Shown: one piece after another, positions 21,407 to 29,822 of the stretch
Position numbering within the stretch: the stretch's first letter is position 1
Layout: each line of letters begins with the position of its first letter
NCBI GenBank assembly: GCA_000432595.1
Contig: HF996851.1
Location: 24,252-88,251 of the forward strand
Reading direction: 5' to 3'
Length of the DNA: 64,000 bases
Source of the DNA: Clostridium sp. CAG:710
GTDB lineage: Bacteria; Bacillota_I; Bacilli_A; RF39; UBA660
Made by a program: the position numbers and the translations under genes
The notes under the pieces: model-generated
The model's input: the letters and a program-made list of their open reading frames with translations, nothing else
What the model was told of the DNA's origin: nothing
Database searches by the model: none

Positions 21407-22591
21407 ATGAAATATGTATTAATGAATAAAAATACTGAGGTTTTAATCGCAAATTATGATGAAGGTATTAAAGTGTTTGATAAAATAATAGAAATAAGAA
21501 ATATAGAATATGCCCCATTAATTATAAAAAAATCATATGAAATGAAAGAAGATTTTAGATTTAACTTAAATGACTGGTTTATTGGAAGAGGTATACCTTC
21601 ATGGAGAGATGAACTTGATATGTTACTTGCACGATTAAATATTTCCACACCACTTGAATTATTTGATAGGGCATTTGCTCTTTCCTTATCAGATCAGTAT
21701 TGGATTAAACAGGTAGGGAGTAATATTAAATATGAAGATGTAAACTTTTTTGACCACGACTTTGACTCTGCAGAATTTGTAGAAGCAAGTTTTTCTGATA
21801 ATTATGATTCAATAACAAGAAAAGAAACGCTAATGAGCCCAAATAATACTACCGATGGTATGTTAAAAAAATCTTGGATAATAGAAGATGGTAAAAGATA
21901 TTTATTAAAAGGTGGATATAAAAATGATTATCTACAGCCATTCAATGAAGTTTTGGCATCTATAATATGTGATAAATTAGGCTTTGATCACGTTACTTAT
22001 ACATTAGATACATTTAAGAATAAAGTAGTATCTAAATGCCTTTGTTTTATAAATAAAGATACAGAACTAATACCTGCATCTCAAATAATGTATGGAATTA
22101 CAAAACATAAAACAAGTGAGGATTATAATGAGTATATTAAAATACTTGAACAAAATGGAATAAAAAACGCAAGAGAAAAAATAGAAAATATGTATATATT
22201 AGATTTTTTAATGATGAATGAGGATAGGCATTTAAATAATTTTGGAATAATAAGAGATGTTAATACATTAGAATGGCTTGATGTTGCACCTATATTTGAC
22301 AATGGTGAATCTTTAAAGATGACTATATATAATAGTGATGAAATATCCATTAATGGAGAAGGAAGACTATTTTACAATATAGTAACATTTGATGATATTA
22401 TAAAAGCTGTTAAGGATATTAAAAGAATAGATATCTCTAAACTTGATGGAGTAGTAGAAGAATATGATGAATTACTTCATAAATATCAAAATATAACAGG
22501 AATAACTGAAGATAGAATAAATAAACTTTGTATACTATTAAATAGACAGATAAAAAAGTTATCACATCTTATCGCAGAAAAGACAATTTAA
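21407..22591 (+). CDS. HipA-like Ser/Thr kinase domain protein
   Basis: FLMMNEDRHLNNFGIIRD catalytic-loop motif typical of HipA_C. DxxxxN and upstream P-loop-like context. Confidence 0.7.
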   Translation: MKYVLMNKNTEVLIANYDEGIKVFDKIIEIRNIEYAPLIIKKSYEMKEDFRFNLNDWFIGRGIPSWRDELDMLLARLNISTPLELFDRAFALSLSDQYWIKQVGSNIKYEDVNFFDHDFDSAEFVEASFSDNYDSITRKETLMSPNNTTDGMLKKSWIIEDGKRYLLKGGYKNDYLQPFNEVLASIICDKLGFDHVTYTLDTFKNKVVSKCLCFINKDTELIPASQIMYGITKHKTSEDYNEYIKILEQNGIKNAREKIENMYILDFLMMNEDRHLNNFGIIRDVNTLEWLDVAPIFDNGESLKMTIYNSDEISINGEGRLFYNIVTFDDIIKAVKDIKRIDISKLDGVVEEYDELLHKYQNITGITEDRINKLCILLNRQIKKLSHLIAEKTI

Positions 22592-22606
22592 GATTGTCTT
22601 TTTTTC
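22579..22606 (+). terminator. terminator after the HipA-like gene
   Basis: AAAGACAAT (22579-22587) pairs with ATTGTCTTT (22593-22601), then a T run. Same stem as 21313-21348. Confidence 0.75.
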
Positions 22607-22628
22607 TTATTTATTATAATATTAATTT
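22592..22628 (+). repeat. 37-bp direct repeat, right copy
   Basis: Identical to 21335-21371. Confidence 0.95.
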
Positions 22629-22663
22629 ATAAGAATAATAGTAGTTCATGGTGGAGGTAGTAT

Positions 22664-23035
22664 ATGAATTTAGATTTATTAAAATTTGCATTAGAAGACT
22701 CTTGGAATAGGGATACTTGTTATCCATTTGTTAGTTGGGATAGTAGTAATCCAAGTGTTGGTCAAGATGAAGTTACTTCACTTGTTGTAAACGATTTTTT
22801 AGGCGGAGAGATAATTAAAAGTATTGATGAAGATGGCATTCATTATTATAACTTAGTAGGGGAAGAACCACTTGATTTTACAAATCAAACCTCACTAGTA
22901 AAAGGAGATATAGTATCTAGAAAAGAATTATTAAAAAACAGAAATACAGCGCTTAGATATTTCATATTATCAGAATGCGTTAAAGATTCGATGCAAAATA
23001 ATTCTAAGGTAAAAGAAAAAGTGTATAAGATATAA
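22664..23035 (+). CDS. hypothetical protein, possibly YunG-like
   Basis: WNRDTCYPFVSWDSSNPSVGQDEVTSLVVNDFLGGEI...HYYNL resembles the YunG pattern as I recall it. Not verified. Confidence 0.45.
   Translation: MNLDLLKFALEDSWNRDTCYPFVSWDSSNPSVGQDEVTSLVVNDFLGGEIIKSIDEDGIHYYNLVGEEPLDFTNQTSLVKGDIVSRKELLKNRNTALRYFILSECVKDSMQNNSKVKEKVYKI
23012..23031 (+). repeat. 20-bp direct repeat, left copy
   Basis: aaagaaaaagtgtataagat is identical to 24964-24983. Confidence 0.95.
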
Positions 23036-23038
23036 CAT

Positions 23039-23062
23039 AGAGCGAAATTTTGCTCTTTTTTT
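23039..23062 (+). terminator. terminator after the YunG-like gene
   Basis: AGAGC (23039-23043) pairs with GCTCT (23052-23056), then T7. Confidence 0.7.
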
Positions 23063-23197
23063 AATGCATTGTTAAATAAATAATTGCCTACTTAATGGTT
23101 TCAATTGTATATTTTTCCTCTCTCACTTGTCTACTTTAAGCTTATCACTACAATTTAAATAAAAATTTTACCCTTTACACCAAACAAATATTCTATC

Positions 23198-23227
23198 TTG
23201 ATTTTCAATGGGGGGGGGGTGTATACT
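23198..23227 (+). promoter_or_regulatory. promoter-like module with G10 tract (copy A)
   Basis: TTGATT (23198-23203), an 18-nt spacer holding G10 (23210-23219), then TATACT (23222-23227). AAGGAAGG RBS and ATG 23264 lie downstream. Confidence 0.5.
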
Positions 23228-23263
23228 GATTATAGATTAAAATAAGGAAGGTACGAATGCAAA

Positions 23264-24952
23264 ATGAGAGATAGAAAGAAAAGAAATATTATAATTGGTG
23301 CTTTATGCTGCCTACTAGTATTTATGGGAATTGGTTATGCAATATTATCACAAACCCTAAATATAAGTGGTACAGCTAATATGCAAGGTAATTGGAGTGT
23401 AAAAATAACTAATATGAAGTTATTAGAAGCTAATAAAACAGGAAGGGCAGAGAATGTATCAAATACTTTCACCGATACTACTGCATCATTTGAAGCAAAC
23501 TTATGGATGCCAGGAGATTCTATTGAATATGAAGTAACAGTAGAGAATCAAGGCAATATAGATGCAGTATTAAAAGATATAATTCAAACAAAAACAAATA
23601 AAGATAAAAATCTTAAATTTAGTAATAGCTTAATAGGAACAGAAGTATTAACTTCAGGTTCAAAAATGAGTTTTACAATGAAAGTTGAAATTCCAGAAGA
23701 AGCAGAAACACTACCAGAAGTAAAAGAATCAAAATATGAAATACAATTAATTTATATTCAGTATAATGGAGGAGAATATACACCACCCACACAATCCATT
23801 GGGACTCTAGCAGAAAGAATTCTAGCAGACAATACAGCATTACCAGATACAAATATAGATTTTTCCGAGATAAGTAGTGATACAAATGGAAAGGGATTAT
23901 ACTATACAAATAAAAATACAGAAGATAATAAAACGACATATTACTTTAGAGGTGATATTACTAACAATTATGTTAAGTTTGCAACTCAGACTAAAAATAC
24001 ATGTAAATATAATGGCAAGGACATAGCATATTATGATCCTACAAATGGGGTACTTGAATATAATCCAATAGAAGCACAATGCTTATCAACAAATGTATGT
24101 GTAACTACTAGTGTCCTTGGCAATTTTGTTGGTTTTGATGAAGCAACGTGCGTAGATGGGGGTGGTACATTTACACCAGACAAGGCAATATTCACACAAA
24201 ATACAGCCGAAGATATTGTATGGAGAATCATAAGAATAAATGAAGATGGAAGCGTAAGACTTATTACTGAAAATCCAGTGGGAAGTAGTGCATATAATGC
24301 CATATATCGTGATAATGCATATGCTGGATATATGTATGGTGCAACGGGCTCATCGACATATAAAGAGACCCATAAAAATACAAATAACAGTACAGTAAAG
24401 ACATACCTAGATAATTGGTATAAAACCAATCTAAATGGTTATACTTCATATATGTCTACTACTGCAGGCTTTTGTAATGATAGAAGCATTGCTCCAACTT
24501 CTAAGACATGGAGTAATGATGATACTGCATTAGGCTATGAGAGGAAAACGACATATTATGGTGCATATAATAGATTAAAAAATACACATCAACCGCAGTT
24601 TGCATGTCCAGAAATAAATGATTTATTTACAACAACTGCAAGTTCAAACGGCAACAAAGCTTTAACATATCCAGTTGGGTTATTAACAGCAGACGAAATT
24701 TCATATGCCGGAAGTACATATTTTAAATCAGATGACAACTATTTAGATACTACTGCTTATTGGACAATGTCACCACGACAATTTAGTGGTTCTACTGCCG
24801 AAGAAGACAATGATCTCTATATTTTTGATGAGGCACTATCCGGAACAATTCCAGGGGTTATTTTTGGTGTACGTCCTGTAATTAATCTATCAGATGATGT
24901 TGGCGTAGTAAGCGGTGATGGAACAAAAGATAGTCCATATGTAGTAAAATAA
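23264..24952 (+). CDS. secreted/surface protein: TasA/camelysin-like N-terminal module plus a C-terminal domain of the type often fused to Firmicute pilins
   Basis: Signal/anchor MRDRKKRNIIIGALCCLLVFMGIGYA, then LSQTLNISGTAN...FEANLWMPGDSIEYEVTVENQGNIDAVL. C-terminal NNYVKF...VWRIIRINEDGSVRLI...YWTMSP...VRPVINL...GDGTKDSPY. Confidence 0.7.
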   Translation: MRDRKKRNIIIGALCCLLVFMGIGYAILSQTLNISGTANMQGNWSVKITNMKLLEANKTGRAENVSNTFTDTTASFEANLWMPGDSIEYEVTVENQGNIDAVLKDIIQTKTNKDKNLKFSNSLIGTEVLTSGSKMSFTMKVEIPEEAETLPEVKESKYEIQLIYIQYNGGEYTPPTQSIGTLAERILADNTALPDTNIDFSEISSDTNGKGLYYTNKNTEDNKTTYYFRGDITNNYVKFATQTKNTCKYNGKDIAYYDPTNGVLEYNPIEAQCLSTNVCVTTSVLGNFVGFDEATCVDGGGTFTPDKAIFTQNTAEDIVWRIIRINEDGSVRLITENPVGSSAYNAIYRDNAYAGYMYGATGSSTYKETHKNTNNSTVKTYLDNWYKTNLNGYTSYMSTTAGFCNDRSIAPTSKTWSNDDTALGYERKTTYYGAYNRLKNTHQPQFACPEINDLFTTTASSNGNKALTYPVGLLTADEISYAGSTYFKSDDNYLDTTAYWTMSPRQFSGSTAEEDNDLYIFDEALSGTIPGVIFGVRPVINLSDDVGVVSGDGTKDSPYVVK

Positions 24953-24963
24953 TTAACTTATAT

Positions 24964-24983
24964 AAAGAAAAAGTGTATAAGAT
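24964..24983 (+). repeat. 20-bp direct repeat, right copy
   Basis: Identical to 23012-23031. Confidence 0.95.
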
Positions 24984-25006
24984 TTAAACATCTTTACACT
25001 TTTTTT
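24970..25006. terminator. bidirectional terminator between the surface-protein and histidine-kinase genes
   Basis: AAAGTGTA (24970-24977) pairs with TACACTTT (24995-25002), with inner AAGAT/ATCTT pairs. A run before, T run after. Confidence 0.8.
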
Positions 25007-26417
25007 CTTTTGGTATTTCAAAATAGAAAGTAGAACCCCTATCTTTTTTTGAAGTGACTCCATATTTATAATTATGTAATTCAAATATATTTTTTACAAT
25101 TGAAAGTCCTAATCCAGTACCAAGCATATTACGTTTATGCTTTTTGTTACTTTTATAATACTTATCCCAAATTAAATTTATTTCTTCTTTTTTAATACCT
25201 TTTCCAGTATCTATTACTTCAACTCTGCATGAAGCATCTTCATTATCATTAATCTTAATTTTAACTACTTTATCATCACCAGTATAATTTACCGCATTAC
25301 TTATAAGATTATATAAAACTTGTTCCATCTTTTGTTTATCAGCATGAATCATAATTTTTTCCTTGTTACATTCAAATACAAATTTATATTTTTCAGTTAA
25401 AGAAAATATTTCATATCTATCTATTATTATTTGAGTTAATTTTACTAAATCAAAGTCTTCTTCATTTAATTCATATATATTTGCTTGCATTTTAGATAAA
25501 TCTAATATATCGCTTACTAATAGATTTAATCTATCAACTTCACTGGTTATTACATTAAGATTTTCTTCGCGTTTTTCATCATCTTTATAAGTTATATCTC
25601 TTACCATTTCTGCATATGCCTTAATCATTGTAAGAGGTGTTTTTAAATCATGTGATACATTAGCAAGTAATTCTCTTCTTAATTCATTGGTTTTAGAAAG
25701 TTCATCTTTTGCATAATTTAATGAAGTTGTTAATTCCTGTATTTCACTTATATTACTATCACTCTTAAACTCTTCTTTATAATCTCCTTTAGCTACTTTT
25801 TTAGCGGATTTACTAAGTGTTGTAATAGGCTTAGAAAGCTTTTGAGAAATAAAGAATCCAACTACAAATGAAAGTAATAATATTACTATTGAAACAGTTA
25901 AAAACTGATTTTTTAGAATAGTAACAGTAGAATCTATTGGATTTATTGATGTAGTTAAAAAGTAATATGTATCACTATCAACAGCGAAAGCATAAACCAT
26001 ACTTTTAACTTCATATTTTTTACTAGTAGATTTAAATATAATGTCTTTATTATTGTTTTTTTCTAGTTCATTTTTATATACCTCGACATCACTAGTAGGT
26101 ACACAACTTTTATTCATATTATTGTTATAAGTTATTAATGTGCCATTATCTAATATATTTATACATATTCCTTTATTAAAGAGTAGGTCGTTTAGTACAT
26201 CACTCATATCTTTACCTCTTGAATATTTTTCTTTTATTTTTAAAGAGGCAAGTTTAATTTCACGCGTTTTAGACCATTCATAGTATTTATCAAGAAACAA
26301 TATCTGAAATAGGAATAGGAAGAAAAGTATCAGTATAGAGAATCCTGTAAGATATACCCATATCGTATTTTTAAGAGAAATATTCTTAAATTTATTTTGC
26401 TTCAAATTTATATCCAA
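24984..26417 (-). CDS. sensor histidine kinase (HAMP-HisKA-HATPase)
   Basis: Two TM segments, H-box ANVSHDLKTPLTMIKAYAEMV, N-box LISNAVNYT, and G-boxes DTGKGI and GTGLGLSIV. Confidence 0.9.
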   Translation of the reverse strand: MDINLKQNKFKNISLKNTIWVYLTGFSILILFFLFLFQILFLDKYYEWSKTREIKLASLKIKEKYSRGKDMSDVLNDLLFNKGICINILDNGTLITYNNNMNKSCVPTSDVEVYKNELEKNNNKDIIFKSTSKKYEVKSMVYAFAVDSDTYYFLTTSINPIDSTVTILKNQFLTVSIVILLLSFVVGFFISQKLSKPITTLSKSAKKVAKGDYKEEFKSDSNISEIQELTTSLNYAKDELSKTNELRRELLANVSHDLKTPLTMIKAYAEMVRDITYKDDEKREENLNVITSEVDRLNLLVSDILDLSKMQANIYELNEEDFDLVKLTQIIIDRYEIFSLTEKYKFVFECNKEKIMIHADKQKMEQVLYNLISNAVNYTGDDKVVKIKINDNEDASCRVEVIDTGKGIKKEEINLIWDKYYKSNKKHKRNMLGTGLGLSIVKNIFELHNYKYGVTSKKDRGSTFYFEIPKEKKCKDV

Positions 26418-27054
26418 CCCCTCTTACAGTAATAATTAAGTCTCTATACTTTCCAAGACTATTTCTAAGCATCTTAATATGAGTATCTACAGTTCTATCA
26501 TCTCCAAAGAAGTCGTATCCCCATATTTTATTAAGAAGTGTCTCTCTTGAAATTGCGATGTTTTTATTTTTAATAAAGTAGGCGAGTAGGTCAAATTCTT
26601 TTGGTGTAACTCTAATTTCCTCATCATCTATAGTAATAACTCTTCCCATAAAGTTAACCTTTAATCCTTCATATATAAAGTCTTCAGTTAAATCATCATT
26701 ATTTCTTCTGGTTACTGCCTTAACACGCGCTACTAATTCTTTAGGCGAAAATGGCTTTGCAATAAAATCGTCAACACCTAAATCAAATCCTAAGAGTTTA
26801 TCATATTCTTCACTACGTGCAGACAATATTATTGTAGGAATTCTTCGTTGCCCTTTAATAGTTTTATATGCAGTATAACCATCCATTTTAGGCATCATTA
26901 TATCTAGTATCATTAAATCAATTGTATGTTTATTGCACATGTCTATTGCTTCTTCACCATTTTCAGCTTCAAGTACTTCAAAATTTTCTTTTAAAAGATA
27001 TTCTTTTATAACATCTCTTATTAATTTTTCATCATCAACAACTAGTATTTTCAT
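26392..27054 (-). CDS. OmpR-family response regulator
   Basis: MKILVVDDEK, LDIMMPKMDG, and a winged-helix C-terminus (TVDTHIKMLRNSLG, VRGVGYKF). ATG at 27054 follows GGAGGT. Confidence 0.92.
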   Translation of the reverse strand: MKILVVDDEKLIRDVIKEYLLKENFEVLEAENGEEAIDMCNKHTIDLMILDIMMPKMDGYTAYKTIKGQRRIPTIILSARSEEYDKLLGFDLGVDDFIAKPFSPKELVARVKAVTRRNNDDLTEDFIYEGLKVNFMGRVITIDDEEIRVTPKEFDLLAYFIKNKNIAISRETLLNKIWGYDFFGDDRTVDTHIKMLRNSLGKYRDLIITVRGVGYKFEAK

Positions 27055-27116
27055 ATCTACCTCCAAATAATATTATACATATTAATGTGTTCTTTGTGTG
27101 AAAAAGAGAAAAAAGA

Positions 27117-28592
27117 TTAGTCATTATTTCTAATTTCTTCTAATCTTTTAACTTTAGCATTATTTTTATCTAGTGTTTGCTTAAATGAATATGAGTAATC
27201 AGTAAGCATTTTTTTATTAACTTTTAGTTGTGCTTCAGCATCATCAAGCATCTTTATAAAATTATCAAATTCTTTAATATCTCCTTGATACTCACCGCAT
27301 TGATTCATAAAATCATTTCTCAAGTCAGAAATTTTACCAAATGCATCATCAATTTTTAATGAAGCTGTATCTACTTCATATATAGCATTATTAATATCTT
27401 TACTAAAGTCATCATATCTAACTCTAGTAGTTTGACGTGTTTTATCTCTTCTTTCAATAAAATTGGCAGCTAAATCAACAGCTTGAATAATCATTCCTGA
27501 TTTTACAATCATACCTGCAGGAGTAGGAGGTACTTTTTTACTGGCATTAAAAAGTAATGCAGCGGCAATAAGGTTTTCGGTATGCGTTATAAATTCTGTA
27601 TATGTTTCAATATTAGTAGTTATATCTCCATTAGATTTTATTTTTTCTTCTAAATCATATATTATTGCATCTTGACTCTTTGTAAAAGCATCAATTCTTT
27701 TATTTATATCATCTATATTATCAAAGCTATTAACCATTAAATCAAATTCATCATCTCTAATGTTAAACTTATCTAATTTATCATCTAGCTCATTTTGTAA
27801 AGATTCAGATTCCTTTTCTCCCATCGCAATTTTATCTATTACTGATATATATTCTTCTATTTTTTGTATGTCATCATATAAAACATTATCTTTAACATTT
27901 TCAGTATATTCTCTTACAATTCTATATAAATCATTATCGTTAATAAAATCTCTTAAATTAATATTATCATGATCTTTTGTATCATATTTTTCTTTTATTT
28001 TTTCAAACTTTCTTATTAGATCAAGTAATTCTTCTCTTAATTTTTCTATCTCTTTTGTATCGTATTCTTTTTCCTCTTTATCATGAATAACCATCATTTC
28101 ATACTCAAGTTTTTCTAATTCAGCTAAATCCTCTTTTATTACCCGAGTTAATTCTTTTATTATCGCAAGTTCAAGTAGCTTATCATCTTGTTTAACCTCA
28201 TCAACAATAGGTGTTTCTATCTTTATAGGAGGAGGTGGAAGAATAGTAACTTCTTCTGTTTCTTTTACGGTTTCTTCATCTACATGTTCTGAAGAACTAG
28301 CATCATTAGAAATTTTTGTTTTAGAAACAGTAGGATTATTTTCCTTTGCCTTAGGAGGAGTAATACCTTTATCTTTTTCTTTTTCCTTTTCTACATCTTC
28401 TTTAATTGCTGGATGTAGTGGGGTAGTTTGATTTTCTAATGACTTTGCATCTTCAACTGTTTGTACATATGTTATCCTACTTTTTCTTTTCTCTTTTTTC
28501 TCATCATCTAAAGAGACTATTTTATTCTTTTTACTTTTTCCAAAAAAAAGGGATGCAATTCTGTCAGATCCCTTATCTCCATTAGCACTCAT
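27117..28592 (-). CDS. hypothetical Lys/Glu-rich coiled-coil protein
   Basis: 491 aa with a low-complexity charged N-terminal third and one hydrophobic stretch (AAALLFNAS...GMIVKSGMIIQAVDLAANFI). No family recognised. Confidence 0.55.
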   Translation of the reverse strand: MSANGDKGSDRIASLFFGKSKKNKIVSLDDEKKEKRKSRITYVQTVEDAKSLENQTTPLHPAIKEDVEKEKEKDKGITPPKAKENNPTVSKTKISNDASSSEHVDEETVKETEEVTILPPPPIKIETPIVDEVKQDDKLLELAIIKELTRVIKEDLAELEKLEYEMMVIHDKEEKEYDTKEIEKLREELLDLIRKFEKIKEKYDTKDHDNINLRDFINDNDLYRIVREYTENVKDNVLYDDIQKIEEYISVIDKIAMGEKESESLQNELDDKLDKFNIRDDEFDLMVNSFDNIDDINKRIDAFTKSQDAIIYDLEEKIKSNGDITTNIETYTEFITHTENLIAAALLFNASKKVPPTPAGMIVKSGMIIQAVDLAANFIERRDKTRQTTRVRYDDFSKDINNAIYEVDTASLKIDDAFGKISDLRNDFMNQCGEYQGDIKEFDNFIKMLDDAEAQLKVNKKMLTDYSYSFKQTLDKNNAKVKRLEEIRNND

Positions 28593-29461
28593 TATTCAGT
28601 TCCTCTTCTTAATAGTTCAATATTATCTTTCATTAATGAAGTATATGTTTTCTTATTATCTCTATCTTCATCAGATATATTATCTAGTTTATTAATTGTT
28701 ATTACTTCTGCATCAGTTTCATTTTTTAATTTTTTTAATGATTCAGGTTCTTTATCACCACTTAATATAAATATCTTATCAGATCCATCTTTTAGGGAAT
28801 TATAAGCCTTATCAACATTTCTTTCATTTTCAGATTTATCATCTATTAATATTACATCAAATCCATATTTTGTTAAATACTGTAATGAAGGAGATGCAAC
28901 AACCAAAGTTTTATTTGAAGCATTCTCACTTAACATCTTTATATCAGCATCTAATTCAGATAACTCAACTTTTAAATTTACATATGCTTCTTCTATTTCT
29001 TCTTTGATATACTTACTATCTATTAATTCATCAAGACTATTTTTAATATTTTGACTTATCATAAGTAGGTTAGATGGATTTAACCATAACTCTTCTATAC
29101 CATATTGAATTTCCATACCAAAGTTAGCATCCATTATCATTATGTTTTTATTTTTATTTACTAATTTTAATGCGATATCTTTATCAGAACTTAATCCATT
29201 ATATACAAATAGATCTTTTTTACTAAAATCTTTGTATTCTTTTGATGTAATCTTATATTCATCTATATCAACACCATCTGGATATATTGAATTTACTACT
29301 GAGTTATTTCCATATAATTGATTTACTACATATTCAAGTGGATATACAGTAGTTATAATACTTATATCCTCCATATCATCTCTTTTAAAACATCCTGTTG
29401 TTATAACACCAAGCAATAATATAATAGCTAATAATTTAAATATACTTTTCATTTTTTTCAT
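28592..29461 (-). CDS. lipoprotein with ZnuA/TroA-like solute-binding fold (metal ligands apparently missing)
   Basis: Lipobox [23 protein letters not shown]...[31 protein letters not shown] follows the ZnuA pattern, but the conserved His positions are Asp/Glu. ATG 29461 follows AAGGAG. Confidence 0.55.
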   Translation of the reverse strand: MKKMKSIFKLLAIILLLGVITTGCFKRDDMEDISIITTVYPLEYVVNQLYGNNSVVNSIYPDGVDIDEYKITSKEYKDFSKKDLFVYNGLSSDKDIALKLVNKNKNIMIMDANFGMEIQYGIEELWLNPSNLLMISQNIKNSLDELIDSKYIKEEIEEAYVNLKVELSELDADIKMLSENASNKTLVVASPSLQYLTKYGFDVILIDDKSENERNVDKAYNSLKDGSDKIFILSGDKEPESLKKLKNETDAEVITINKLDNISDEDRDNKKTYTSLMKDNIELLRRGTE

Positions 29462-29681
29462 TTTTTTCTCCTTCGCAACACACCGGATCAAATCCTCCCT
29501 TAGAGAGTGGATTACACCTTAATATTCTTTTTATTGATAAATAACTTCCCTTTATAAAACCATATCTATTTATGGCTTCTATAGAATAATTAGAACATGT
29601 AGGAATATATTTACATTTAAAGTGACTAGAAAAAGGCATTTTTTGATAAAGTTTTATTAAAAAAATTGCAAGTCTTTTCAT
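29436..29681 (-). CDS. yidD: membrane protein insertion efficiency factor YidD
   Basis: [45 protein letters not shown]. Confidence 0.85.
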   Translation of the reverse strand: MKRLAIFLIKLYQKMPFSSHFKCKYIPTCSNYSIEAINRYGFIKGSYLSIKRILRCNPLSKGGFDPVCCEGEKNEKNEKYI

Positions 29682-29822
29682 ACAATCACCATATGTATTA
29701 TTTTACTATTAAAAAAAGATTTTATCAACAATAAAGGAAAAAAATCCCTAGAAGTTTGACAAAAATTCAAAAAAAGTTTTAAATATAGATATATAAAAAA
29801 CATTAATATTAGGAGAAATATT

